DNA of 38,004 nt from a virus (taxonomy: Duplodnaviria > Caudoviricetes), in IMG/VR virus record IMGVR_UViG_3300022307_000006, positions 1-38,004 of that record; one strand, 5' to 3'. Shown in pieces: positions 27,535 to 37,185 of the stretch. Both the position numbers and the translations under genes were made by a program. Position 1 is the first letter of the stretch. Each line of letters starts with the position of its first letter. The notes beneath the pieces are model-generated. The model did no database searches. It was not told where the DNA came from and saw only the letters and a program-made list of their open reading frames with translations.

Positions 27535-27543
27535 GGGTATTCA

Positions 27544-28755
27544 TTACGTTGCACAACCTGTCATAACCACAAAAGCATCAGTCATAGTAGTAGCAAAAAT
27601 AGGTGCTGCCTGAACACGAATGGTCCATCCCTTATTATTGCCATGCGGATATGCATCAAAATAAAGACTGTTAGGGTCAAATACGTTCCCTGGTCTTGCA
27701 TTAGGCGCAACCGGCGGATTATCTAGACTAAACCCAAACAATGATCGGAAATCTGCTCTTACAGAAGGCGCCATAGGCATTACTTCCGGTGGCCCAAAAT
27801 AACGATCACAACGAGTACCAGTATATCCAAGTACAGCATAACCGTCAGGCAAGTACTTTGTTTGTGTACCAGCTGGATTTGTATACAAATCTTCATACAA
27901 AAACAGATACAGTTTTGCACCGTTCGGTGTAACCAGAGCACCAACACACATAAACCCGTTTGCAACCATACGAGCATATCTGGGTGGAATTACATCTTCA
28001 GGACCGATCCGAATAAGATTGTAACCAGAATTCTCAGCAATCCCGGCAAAAACTGTATTCTGGATCATGGCATACCACGAATCAGAAGCCAGTAACAAAT
28101 AATCAGGCGTCACATGAGCGGCACCACGAATAAGATCGACACTATCCGCGATATCACCCAAAGGATCACCAGTAGACCATTCTGTCCCTACTGCAACAGT
28201 ATGACCAGACGGGCGCAAGAAATCGTACTGTAAATTAGCATCTGTTGTTCCATAAATCGCCGGTTGTTTACCTGTCAAAATACTTTGCCAGGAGAGATAC
28301 TCGTTCAAACGACCAACACGTCGAATCATTTCTTGAGCACCGTCTAGCGCAAGAAACATCATACGATCTTCCCTTGTGACTCGTGCTTCATTACTTTCAC
28401 CTGGAATAGCAAACAAAAGTTGGCTTGCACGAATTGGGTATTCATCCTCAATCAAAGGATAAACACGCTGAAACACGCTTTGTTTTGCCTCAACCAATTT
28501 CGTTGTTGATGCATCTATACCTGGAACACCACCACGTGGTACAAGCGCTGCAAGACGATCATTACCACGTCGAATTGCGATCTCAACGGTATTTTTATCA
28601 CGTGAATAAACAGTTTTAGAACCACCGGCCGCCGGATTGCCAAATAAACTTTGACCACCTTGCGATATACCGATCATGTCCTTATCAGAAAATGCTTCTA
28701 CTATTGTTCTAGTAAAATCATCTTTTTCAACAGGAGTATTTTGATAACCAGCCAT
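27544..28755 (-). CDS. Major capsid protein (lambda gpE-like)
   Basis: LAALVPRG, EYLSWQSILTGK, YDF, DPLGDI, YLPDG, QAAPI; follows the decoration gene; AAGGAG RBS. Confidence 0.9.
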   Translation of the reverse strand: MAGYQNTPVEKDDFTRTIVEAFSDKDMIGISQGGQSLFGNPAAGGSKTVYSRDKNTVEIAIRRGNDRLAALVPRGGVPGIDASTTKLVEAKQSVFQRVYPLIEDEYPIRASQLLFAIPGESNEARVTREDRMMFLALDGAQEMIRRVGRLNEYLSWQSILTGKQPAIYGTTDANLQYDFLRPSGHTVAVGTEWSTGDPLGDIADSVDLIRGAAHVTPDYLLLASDSWYAMIQNTVFAGIAENSGYNLIRIGPEDVIPPRYARMVANGFMCVGALVTPNGAKLYLFLYEDLYTNPAGTQTKYLPDGYAVLGYTGTRCDRYFGPPEVMPMAPSVRADFRSLFGFSLDNPPVAPNARPGNVFDPNSLYFDAYPHGNNKGWTIRVQAAPIFATTMTDAFVVMTGCAT

Positions 28756-28768
28756 TTTCTATATCTCC

Positions 28769-29215
28769 TTATGCCTCATAAGAGGTGCCTTCTTGAGTAT
28801 CAACAAGATGAATCCCAAGATCCGCCAAAATCTGCCATGCTGCTTTTGCAAGGTTTGTTGGCACGTTAATAATAGTATCTTTTGTAAGAGAATTCTCAAA
28901 CGTAACAAGATCCTCGTTTAGAAGTAGATTATCACCACCAACGATCATTGAAGCATCAGAAATAGGTCCAGCTTGAACTTCTGCTTCTGTATACGTATCA
29001 AGTAAAACACCTACAGGATACTGTGTGCCGTCTGTGGCAGTCTCATCAGTCCAGGGAACCCAATTCTCATTGGTTGAATCATAAGCCATAACAGTCCCTT
29101 TAACAAGACTACCTGAACGTGTATCATCATCGGCGATTTCTACTCGCCGCGTAATTGTAACCCCACCAATTATATATGGATGGGAACTAATATCTGTCTG
29201 TTGTTGTACGACCAT
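28769..29215 (-). CDS. Head decoration protein (lambda gpD-like)
   Basis: KGTVM, DGTQYPVGVL, LADLGI; lies between protease and capsid. Confidence 0.85.
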   Translation of the reverse strand: MVVQQQTDISSHPYIIGGVTITRRVEIADDDTRSGSLVKGTVMAYDSTNENWVPWTDETATDGTQYPVGVLLDTYTEAEVQAGPISDASMIVGGDNLLLNEDLVTFENSLTKDTIINVPTNLAKAAWQILADLGIHLVDTQEGTSYEA

Positions 29216-29217
29216 TT

Positions 29218-30435
29218 TTATGCCTCACTTCCTTTGATCGCCTTAACACGATCAGCTACAGATCTTTCATTGTCTTCTACTATATTCGGTTGAATATTTG
29301 GAAGCGGTTCTTGATTTGCGGCGTCTTGTTCTGTTCTCAACGCCGCCTGTTTTGCTTTTTCTTGATCAATAAACGAAACCAAAGTATCAAGCACAATAAA
29401 AGGTTTCTTACCTTCACAAACTTCTATTGCACAATCCCTTACAGTTTCAGGATATTCACCAGACATAAGATAAGGCTGTACGGCCTTAACATCTGCAAAA
29501 GCTTGATCACGTCCTTTTTGTTCTGCTTCAATCACTTTCTGGGTGATGTGAGCATGAACACCAGGATCAGCTAACATTTCTTCTAAAGTCATGATTTCAC
29601 TTTCTCCATTAATGGTTAATTTATTAGTACTAGGATTATCCTTAGCACTTAAATTTAAATTTAAAGATTCTAAGCCTATCGCGTCTATCATACCAACCTT
29701 TTTTGCTGCTTTTGATAAAAGCATAGATCCTTGACCAAAATTAGCACGAATTTCATTAGTCGTTAATCCACGGCCTTCAGATATTCTTGCTACAAACACA
29801 TCTTCTAATTCATCCAAATTCTTTTGAAGTTTTTGATCAAAACCTTCTTGATCAATTGATGGAAGTTTATACTTAGCATTTTTAGAAACTAACCTTTTTA
29901 TTTTTCCAAGCCAGTGATCATCGTCTTCCATAACATAACCACCAATTACACCAATTGATCCTTGACGATTAGTCTCAGAAGTAGAAATAATTTTGTTTGC
30001 AGCACTTGCTAACCAATAAGCGCCGCTTGCCATATCTCCTTCATTTACAGCTATAACTTCAAAATCGTCTCTCAATTCCATTATTGCTTCCCAAGTTTCA
30101 TCAACTCCAGTAGAAGTTCCACCAGGTGAATCAAAATGAAAAACAACTTTCTTAGGTTTCGGATCAAGATTATAAACAGCTTTAATGTCATTACGTATGG
30201 ACTGATAAGTCGTAGACCACATACTATACAGGACTAAATAAGGATCTGGATCAAAAGTTAACGGGCCATAAACATAAATATGCGCGTTTCCGTCTTCGCC
30301 TAATTTCATTTGCGGCGTTACTGGAATTTCAGATCTTACGGCTTCTAATTGTTTTTCACTAACCGTCTTAAAAAACGTAATTAATGAAATTAGATAGTCT
30401 TGATTACATAAAAGTTGTTGTTCAGTAAAAAACAT
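29218..30435 (-). CDS. Prohead protease, S49 family, with C-terminal scaffold region
   Basis: DSPGG, MASGAYWLASAA, GSIGVI and GMIDAI motifs. Confidence 0.95.
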   Translation of the reverse strand: MFFTEQQLLCNQDYLISLITFFKTVSEKQLEAVRSEIPVTPQMKLGEDGNAHIYVYGPLTFDPDPYLVLYSMWSTTYQSIRNDIKAVYNLDPKPKKVVFHFDSPGGTSTGVDETWEAIMELRDDFEVIAVNEGDMASGAYWLASAANKIISTSETNRQGSIGVIGGYVMEDDDHWLGKIKRLVSKNAKYKLPSIDQEGFDQKLQKNLDELEDVFVARISEGRGLTTNEIRANFGQGSMLLSKAAKKVGMIDAIGLESLNLNLSAKDNPSTNKLTINGESEIMTLEEMLADPGVHAHITQKVIEAEQKGRDQAFADVKAVQPYLMSGEYPETVRDCAIEVCEGKKPFIVLDTLVSFIDQEKAKQAALRTEQDAANQEPLPNIQPNIVEDNERSVADRVKAIKGSEA

Positions 30436-30486
30436 TTTTATCGATCCCTATCTCTACTATATATTTTTATAGTCCTTATTTTCACT

Positions 30487-30651
30487 TTATTTAGATAATC
30501 TATCTCTCCAACTTTTGCTTTTTTTAATCGGTTTAAGACTGTCTACCTCATCAAGTGCATCTATTAGTGGTTTTGTGTCTTGACAAAACCTGGACACAAA
30601 CGGAATTACTTTACCAATAAACTTCAATACGGTTAATATTTTGTTTAACAT
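30487..30651 (-). CDS. Small protein with amphipathic N-terminus (54 aa, not in ORF track)
   Basis: GAGGTG RBS; MLNKILTVLKFIGKVIPFVSRF...RDRLSK*. Confidence 0.65.
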   Translation of the reverse strand: MLNKILTVLKFIGKVIPFVSRFCQDTKPLIDALDEVDSLKPIKKSKSWRDRLSK

Positions 30652-30664
30652 TTTAGCACCTCTA

Positions 30665-31003
30665 TTATTCCTTAAGACTATCTTTTAAAAACTCTTTCTC
30701 AATACGTTGAATTTCATCTGAAACTTTATCTGCACTATTACAAAAATCTACAAGCCTTTTCTGTGCTCTTGGATTATTATAAAGTTCCATATACATATCT
30801 GCACAAAATTGCTGAATATCTTCAACACCTTCCTGTACCATATCATGTACTTTTACAAAACCATTAACAACCTTTGTAGATCTATTCAATGTATCATCAA
30901 AAGTTGCACACCCTTCTAAAACAAAAGCACAAGTAATAAGAGCAGCATATATAATAAACAACACCGCTACAGTAATTTTTTCATTAGTACTAATTTTATT
31001 CAT
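30665..31003 (-). CDS. Putative lipoprotein
   Basis: Hydrophobic signal ending in LEGC; GAGGT RBS before ATG 31003 (MNKIST). Confidence 0.65.
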   Translation of the reverse strand: MNKISTNEKITVAVLFIIYAALITCAFVLEGCATFDDTLNRSTKVVNGFVKVHDMVQEGVEDIQQFCADMYMELYNNPRAQKRLVDFCNSADKVSDEIQRIEKEFLKDSLKE

Positions 31004-31007
31004 TATA

Positions 31008-31280
31008 TTACCTCTGTTGTTCAATCTTATCTAAACTTGTTTTTAAATTATCCAGTTTAGTATTTATTACTTCAAAACAAGTAGTGAGTTTATTTATTGT
31101 TTTTTCGTTAGTTTTACAACACAATTCATTATTAGTTATTTTTTCTTTATAACTATTTTGTGTTTGTTTTATAAGAAGTTGCTCTTCGTGATCTGATCTA
31201 ACAGTAGTAATAGTACAGGTTCCGATGCTTACAATTGCAAGTGCTATAACTGTTATTCCTATATTAGTATACCATTTCAT
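31008..31280 (-). CDS. Single-TM coiled-coil protein (holin/spanin/XhlA-like candidate)
   Basis: N-terminal TM IGITVIALAIVSIG followed by a coiled coil. Confidence 0.55.
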   Translation of the reverse strand: MKWYTNIGITVIALAIVSIGTCTITTVRSDHEEQLLIKQTQNSYKEKITNNELCCKTNEKTINKLTTCFEVINTKLDNLKTSLDKIEQQR

Positions 31281-31831
31281 TTTTCTTTTATTTCTTCATT
31301 ATCTGCTTCTATATCTGTTGTCAGATCATACCCAGCGATGTTTTTATGCACTGAAGGTGTTGCTTTTTTAATATCAGCGTTGACGTTTCCGAGCTCTGGA
31401 TCAGGCACAAGAATAGTCTGGACAATATCCCAATTTGGAATATCCAGCTTGCTGAATGTTATATGCCTGGTCCCTTTGACTTTTTTTGCTTCAGAGTCAG
31501 TATACTCATAATCCACCGACCAAAATCGATAGGTAGCTTTCATGTCCTTTGGCTTTACGCCTGTGTTCAGCGGATCGATCGCAGCCCATACAGACGGGTC
31601 ATCGCCGTCAGCTACGACCACCCACTCATTTATCGATTGATCATGCAGTATAGCAATGGCAAATAGCTCGCGACGATACTTGCTACCCCACCCTGGCGGC
31701 GCCAGTACCCACGGGCCTAATGCGTGCCACATATCATTAGTTTGTTTCGACATCTTGTCAGCGCCGAGAACGGTTATATTGCCATCTCCGTCCGGTATCA
31801 ATGTCATTACGTATGCTTTATTTAATGCCAT
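31277..31831 (-). CDS. Hypothetical protein in GC-rich insert
   Basis: 184-aa ORF; AGGACGG upstream; ATGA overlap downstream. Confidence 0.75.
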   Translation of the reverse strand: MALNKAYVMTLIPDGDGNITVLGADKMSKQTNDMWHALGPWVLAPPGWGSKYRRELFAIAILHDQSINEWVVVADGDDPSVWAAIDPLNTGVKPKDMKATYRFWSVDYEYTDSEAKKVKGTRHITFSKLDIPNWDIVQTILVPDPELGNVNADIKKATPSVHKNIAGYDLTTDIEADNEEIKEK

Positions 31832-31838
31832 AACCGTC

Positions 31839-33086
31839 CTATTCTGGCTGTGAGATTAGCCCTAAACACTGCTCTCCACCCAACTTATTAGCACCCCAGC
31901 AGACATCTCCTGCAGTGGTTACCCACCCAGTGTCTACGTTGGTTCCGTTGCCAGCTGTAGCGCCGGATACTGTTATGCTACCCGCTGCAGGATCAGGCGA
32001 TATAGTGATCACATCACCGCGAGTGATTGTCAGCGCATCCGACGAAACCAATGTGCTCGACCCAGTCTCGTCAGTAACATATATCTTTTGATCGGTAGCA
32101 TCATACCATACTCGGATATTGTGGCTTGCGCCGGACTCATCAAACTCGCAAAAAGTGATATCATCCAGATAATCACTACCCCAATATGCGATCCACACAA
32201 AGCTAAAAGCGCCACGTAGTGCATCGGGCACGTCAGCACTCAGCCAAACAAACTCATCTTTAGCGCGAGTGGTAGCTACTGCTCCACTGTTGATTGGAGA
32301 TGATGGATACTGACCTATTTCTAACTGGCTGTTAAATAAATGTAATCCGCTTGAACCGTCGCCGTTATATGTAATACCATTATCGCCATTAGCTAATTCA
32401 TATCCTGATGGTGTAGCTGCGGCGGCATCCGATGTCGCCGAGTAATACGGCCGGCTGTAATTGTTGGCACTCGCCTCAATGCCGCTTGTGTCTAAATTTC
32501 CTCCATCTGTGCCTATAATATTATTTGCAATATCATAATAGCACGTAATATGGGCAGGGAAACCTGCTGTATTCATCAAAAAGTATAACCAAGATCTTTC
32601 ATCAGCTTTAGCATAGCAAGACATGCAATACGGTGATGACCCATCTGTGTTATAATCTCTCTTGGCATGATGCCTCTGTGCTACATCATTATTCTCAACA
32701 ACTTTATCTGCTGTAGCGTTGCCATCTGGTCCAGTAGCATCATTAGCAGCAATTGTGGAGTTGGTTTTAGTCCATGCAGCGTTATCAAACTCTCTTACCC
32801 GTATGTGTTTATTTTCGACTGCTAGCTCGGATTGCAAAAACAACCGCGACCCAATCTGTACTATCGGCGGCACACCGGAGCCAAAGTCAGTCCAGGCGCC
32901 ACCATAGTCTACGGATCGAGCACTCGCGCCGGTGTATGCGCCGTCAGAGAATTTGGCTATTGCGCCGCCACTAAACAATCCAGAGCCGTTCCCTATTACG
33001 GTCTTAAGTCTACGCAAAAGTACCTTACTAAAAGGTATTAATCCTTTCCCTTTTGGTTTAATGTTATTTCCAATAAAAGAAACCAT
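31839..33086 (-). CDS. Putative head fibre/spike with lectin-like beta-sandwich domains
   Basis: WTKTNSTI...GPDGNATADK and QLEIG..PSSPI....TTRAKD motifs typical of phage fibre/adhesin domains; located in the head gene block. Confidence 0.65.
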   Translation of the reverse strand: MVSFIGNNIKPKGKGLIPFSKVLLRRLKTVIGNGSGLFSGGAIAKFSDGAYTGASARSVDYGGAWTDFGSGVPPIVQIGSRLFLQSELAVENKHIRVREFDNAAWTKTNSTIAANDATGPDGNATADKVVENNDVAQRHHAKRDYNTDGSSPYCMSCYAKADERSWLYFLMNTAGFPAHITCYYDIANNIIGTDGGNLDTSGIEASANNYSRPYYSATSDAAAATPSGYELANGDNGITYNGDGSSGLHLFNSQLEIGQYPSSPINSGAVATTRAKDEFVWLSADVPDALRGAFSFVWIAYWGSDYLDDITFCEFDESGASHNIRVWYDATDQKIYVTDETGSSTLVSSDALTITRGDVITISPDPAAGSITVSGATAGNGTNVDTGWVTTAGDVCWGANKLGGEQCLGLISQPE

Positions 33087-33094
33087 CAACCCAC

Positions 33095-33373
33095 CTAATA
33101 AGAAACCATAACCCTACCAGTAGACACGTTAGGTATGCCCCAAAACCAAACATAAACGTCAATATCCTCATCTGCAGCGATTACAGCACTAAAACCCTCA
33201 AAAGGAACACCAAGAGCGTCATCCCCAGACGTAGGTGCAGATTGACCGTCTTTACGCCATGTATGCATATATCTGCCTGGTGTTTTTATATGTATAGTAC
33301 CAGATTGAATTGCATTGGCAACCAATGTCCAGGCGCCTTGTGGTATATTTACAAAAGTAGGTGCATTCTCCAT
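33095..33373 (-). CDS. Small beta-rich protein, possible spike base/decoration
   Basis: 92 aa, between the portal and fibre genes. Confidence 0.6.
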   Translation of the reverse strand: MENAPTFVNIPQGAWTLVANAIQSGTIHIKTPGRYMHTWRKDGQSAPTSGDDALGVPFEGFSAVIAADEDIDVYVWFWGIPNVSTGRVMVSY

Positions 33374-33374
33374 G

Positions 33375-34907
33375 TTATATCACTTTCTTCTGCCAGGGAA
33401 TATCTGGCATATCTGCAAGTTCTCTCTTCAGTTTAGCTCTATTAAGTGCAGCATTCGATCCATTCGTCTCACGTGCAATTCTTTCTTGTGTGGTTGCACC
33501 AAGTTCAATCTTAAGCTTTTCGCCAGCACCATATTTTACAGGATCAATATGTGGCTTGCTTCTACCAGTCCACTCGCAATAAGACCAAGCTTTTCTCAAA
33601 AACGGATCTGACCATCCTGGACACTTTATTCTACCTCTAGCAATTTCGTTGTCTAACCAGGCTTCATAGATAATATTCAAAAAATCAGAAGCTAATTCAT
33701 CACGCCATACTTTTAGTATATCCCAAAAAATAAGTATAGCTGCTTGACTAGCAGAATAGTTGCTATTAAATGAAAGGCGTCCTATCTCTGGTGGCTGATT
33801 TACAGAAGGATATATTATATCTTCTATTGCTTTATTAAAAGCTGAAAAAGCTTCATTAGGTGAAGACGGATCAAAGCTTTTTAATTCTTCACCAGCATTA
33901 AGACTCATTACACTAAGACCACCACCAAAAGATATTGCTTCATCCATTCGTTTATACGTCACAGGATCTACGTCGCCTTCTGGTTCGGCCGGTACTTCAT
34001 CTTCTGCATATTCTGCTAGAGGTCCAGCATTAGCAGACATACCTTCAAATATGTTTGTCGCTGGCGCATCTTTTGATGGTTTAACCCATAAATTTAAAGA
34101 CGCTTGAAGACCAGCTTTAATTAACTCAAAAATTTGATAATCTGCTAAAAGCCTAAATTCTTGAAGTAGATGTGCAATTTGAGAAATGCCCCGAACTTGT
34201 CCGGCATAATCTGGCATAAACCCATGAATAATAAGTGGTTTTCCGTTACCTGTATATTTTGGAAAAATAGCTACTTTATTATCACCTACTCTAATCCTAT
34301 ATTTATCTATTGCGCCGTTTGCGTTTCTATGAACACCATAATCAAAACGTGTTCCGTTTTCTACCCCTTCTTCAACTTGTGTAGGATCAAAAACACCAAA
34401 CCTTATTTCCCCGTCTATATAATGAATACGTCCAAAATATTCACCGTCTCTCTGTTGATTACGCATACAAAAATTTTGAAGTTGATAAAAAGTCATGCTT
34501 TCAGTAATATCAGAATCTTTACTTATCGCCCACAAATGAAAACGCCTTTGTACGTCTAAACTCCAATCAACCAAGGAATCAGCTGATCGTTTTAAAAGTT
34601 CGGCTTGTGGTAAAGCTTCTAAAAACAAACCGCTTCCAATTCCCATCATTGCATACCGATCTACAATCGATTTAGCAATTGTTGAATCGTGATAAGCAAT
34701 TCGCGCTTGTTTTAGAATTTTTTCGTGATTCAGTTTTAATCCACTTGCAGCAGTAAGTTGTTTTAGACCATCTATATACTTAGCGCCGCTATCGTACGTG
34801 TTTCCTGTGTTTATATAAGCAGATGACACGGCCGGCCGTCTTGGTCCAACATACCACCGTTTCTTAGGTGTTTCTATTTTATCTTTTTTCCAAAAAGCAA
34901 ATTTCAT
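33375..34907 (-). CDS. Portal protein, lambda family
   Basis: DGEYF, GQVRGIS, LNAGE, NYSAS and HIDPVK motifs. Confidence 0.95.
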   Translation of the reverse strand: MKFAFWKKDKIETPKKRWYVGPRRPAVSSAYINTGNTYDSGAKYIDGLKQLTAASGLKLNHEKILKQARIAYHDSTIAKSIVDRYAMMGIGSGLFLEALPQAELLKRSADSLVDWSLDVQRRFHLWAISKDSDITESMTFYQLQNFCMRNQQRDGEYFGRIHYIDGEIRFGVFDPTQVEEGVENGTRFDYGVHRNANGAIDKYRIRVGDNKVAIFPKYTGNGKPLIIHGFMPDYAGQVRGISQIAHLLQEFRLLADYQIFELIKAGLQASLNLWVKPSKDAPATNIFEGMSANAGPLAEYAEDEVPAEPEGDVDPVTYKRMDEAISFGGGLSVMSLNAGEELKSFDPSSPNEAFSAFNKAIEDIIYPSVNQPPEIGRLSFNSNYSASQAAILIFWDILKVWRDELASDFLNIIYEAWLDNEIARGRIKCPGWSDPFLRKAWSYCEWTGRSKPHIDPVKYGAGEKLKIELGATTQERIARETNGSNAALNRAKLKRELADMPDIPWQKKVI

Positions 34908-35182
34908 TAGCGTCGCCTTGCCACCATCTGAACAATCCCCCTACCCCTAAGCAAATTATACTGATATTCTCGCATCCTATATAATTGATCAAGAGTATTC
35001 TGCATATCCTCTAATTTCCGATTTACAGCCCGCTGTGACCCATCACCAGAATTAAACGAGTACTCTCCTATGTCCTTAGCTACTGCAGACTCCATAGCAG
35101 TCTCTAGAGCTGTAATCTGCGTATCTAATGACGTAATTCGCGCTTGAATCCGGGCGCGTCTAGAAGATGATAGGGTGAGCAT
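34907..35182 (-). CDS. Head-tail joining protein (gpW-like)
   Basis: Helix-hairpin-helix pattern (EYSFNSGDGSQR); lies between terL and portal. Confidence 0.7.
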   Translation of the reverse strand: MLTLSSSRRARIQARITSLDTQITALETAMESAVAKDIGEYSFNSGDGSQRAVNRKLEDMQNTLDQLYRMREYQYNLLRGRGIVQMVARRR

Positions 35183-35244
35183 GTATTAATTACATGGCAC
35201 ACATCTTGCATGAACGCAAGAAAAAAGATAAACAGATGTAATGT

Positions 35245-37185
35245 TTATTTTTTACTTTTGGTTCGCTGAACCAGGAAATCCAAAACAGTACTATGATTAA
35301 TGCGCTGTACTTGCGCATCTGTTAATCCCCTACTTTTTGCATCAACTTTATGAGAATTCACCAGTTTATCTAGAAAAATATCCCCGGCCGCCATGTTGTA
35401 AACTCGCAGATCCAGCGCTTCATTGGATCGATGTCCGGGATGATAAAAAGATCCGTCTGACAATCTTTCTTCTGCTCTTAATTGCTCAAAGTATTCATCA
35501 GTATAATCTCTTGGGAACTCACAAAAACCAGGACTTTGTATTTCTTTTTCTTCATTACGAACTTTATTTAGATTGTTGTAAACATGATGTTTATAATAGT
35601 TCGTACTAATTTCATATAATAAAACGTCTTTTTGATCTCCAATTTTAGCTAATCGGTATCTTCTAAAATAATCCGGTCCAGCTTCATCTATTCTTTTTTC
35701 TATTTTCTTTTTCTTAAGTAAATTATAACCTTTTATTGGAAAAGTATAATTCCATGTACGACAAAAATCATAAACAATATGAGCATTAAAACCACTATCT
35801 ATTAATATTAAAGAAACAGGAAAACGCATCCCATCATTACGATAAAACGATCCTTTAATCTCCTGAAACCATAAACTTAAATCTTTCCATGCACCACTAC
35901 CAATATCCTCAATATCACCATCAATGCTTTTATGTAAAATACTCCAAGTACGAAACCCTCTACCGTGTCCACACACCTCTAACTCTAGTCTTGCTTTTTT
36001 GCCCTCATCAGAAGCTTGACCTTTTTGAACATCTATTGACATGGTTAAAAACAAAACACCTTCTGGAACTTCACCAGATTTATAATTACCTCTTAAACTC
36101 TGAAGTTTTGAAAGCTGTGGTCGAACTCCTTGTTCTTTATAAGGCAATCCTAAATACAAATTAGTAAAACCCCTCATACCATCTATTTCATCTTGTGCTT
36201 TAAGAAATAATTCATACATCTTAAACCAAGTAATCATACCAATAGGTGAATACAATGTAGAAATATGATATGATCTAAAAGTTTTTGATTTAGACCTCGC
36301 AGTAGGACGCCATTCACCTTTTATCAAAAAATCCGTTTTATTATGATTATAGAGTTTTCCTTTACAATGTTGACATTCATAATAAACATCAAAAAGAATT
36401 CCTTGTTTATAGATTGGTTTAATATGATCCCACTCTAAAACCTGATAAGCACCACAATACAAACACGGAATAAAAAACTTCCTTTGATCACCATATTCAT
36501 ATTGTTTTAAAATCTCAGAAGCATCATAAGTAGTTGGTGTTGACAAATCAAAAACTTTCCTTGTGTGTTCATATGCATTAGTCCGAGCATAGCTCACATC
36601 TAACCAAAACCCTTCCCCGGTCCTGGTCTGTGAAGGCGCCCCGTCTATCTCATCCCTTCCAAGTATGCGCTTAGATTCTGCCCTAAGTGACGGTGGTGAC
36701 TGTGCGCTTGCCATGTCTAGGGTTCCACCAATAAATTCTTTTGAGTGACCTTTATCAGCCGATCGACGTGTTTTTAAATCCACCGTAAAATTATGTTGTA
36801 TCTTATGTCTGAACCCACACGAATCAATCCCTGGTTCAAGGCGTCGATTAACCCATTTCTCCAATAGAGCATCAGTAGCAGAAATGTACATTATATTACT
36901 CGGCGCTTCGTCCATGTAATAAAGGATCACGTTCGTAAGTGCTTCGGTACACCCGATTTGTGCTCCTTTCATTACGGCAATACATTGAATCGGGGAATGT
37001 GGGCTAAGTGAATCCATCCATTCAGACATATACGGTGTCCGATCGTTTGACCATGGTCCCGGAAACGGCGATCCGGCCGGCATTATTCTTTTATCTTGAA
37101 CGTACTCAGATATTTTAAACCGTGGTGGATCAGAAGGTCTGTTTTTAATTTGTTGAATATAAAACTGTTGATCTTGGCTGTTCAT
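35245..37185 (-). CDS. Terminase large subunit, lambda GpA family
   Basis: GPWSNDRTPY, KGAQIGCTE, DEID, STPT, CxxC pairs, IDVQ, IDSG, NEALD. Confidence 0.95.
   Translation of the reverse strand: MNSQDQQFYIQQIKNRPSDPPRFKISEYVQDKRIMPAGSPFPGPWSNDRTPYMSEWMDSLSPHSPIQCIAVMKGAQIGCTEALTNVILYYMDEAPSNIMYISATDALLEKWVNRRLEPGIDSCGFRHKIQHNFTVDLKTRRSADKGHSKEFIGGTLDMASAQSPPSLRAESKRILGRDEIDGAPSQTRTGEGFWLDVSYARTNAYEHTRKVFDLSTPTTYDASEILKQYEYGDQRKFFIPCLYCGAYQVLEWDHIKPIYKQGILFDVYYECQHCKGKLYNHNKTDFLIKGEWRPTARSKSKTFRSYHISTLYSPIGMITWFKMYELFLKAQDEIDGMRGFTNLYLGLPYKEQGVRPQLSKLQSLRGNYKSGEVPEGVLFLTMSIDVQKGQASDEGKKARLELEVCGHGRGFRTWSILHKSIDGDIEDIGSGAWKDLSLWFQEIKGSFYRNDGMRFPVSLILIDSGFNAHIVYDFCRTWNYTFPIKGYNLLKKKKIEKRIDEAGPDYFRRYRLAKIGDQKDVLLYEISTNYYKHHVYNNLNKVRNEEKEIQSPGFCEFPRDYTDEYFEQLRAEERLSDGSFYHPGHRSNEALDLRVYNMAAGDIFLDKLVNSHKVDAKSRGLTDAQVQRINHSTVLDFLVQRTKSKK

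Noticed and set aside
15307-36164. Numerous + strand ORFs opposite the structural genes (e.g. 21136-21534, 23158-23607, 34170-34559)
   Set aside because: Antisense shadows of well-supported - strand genes
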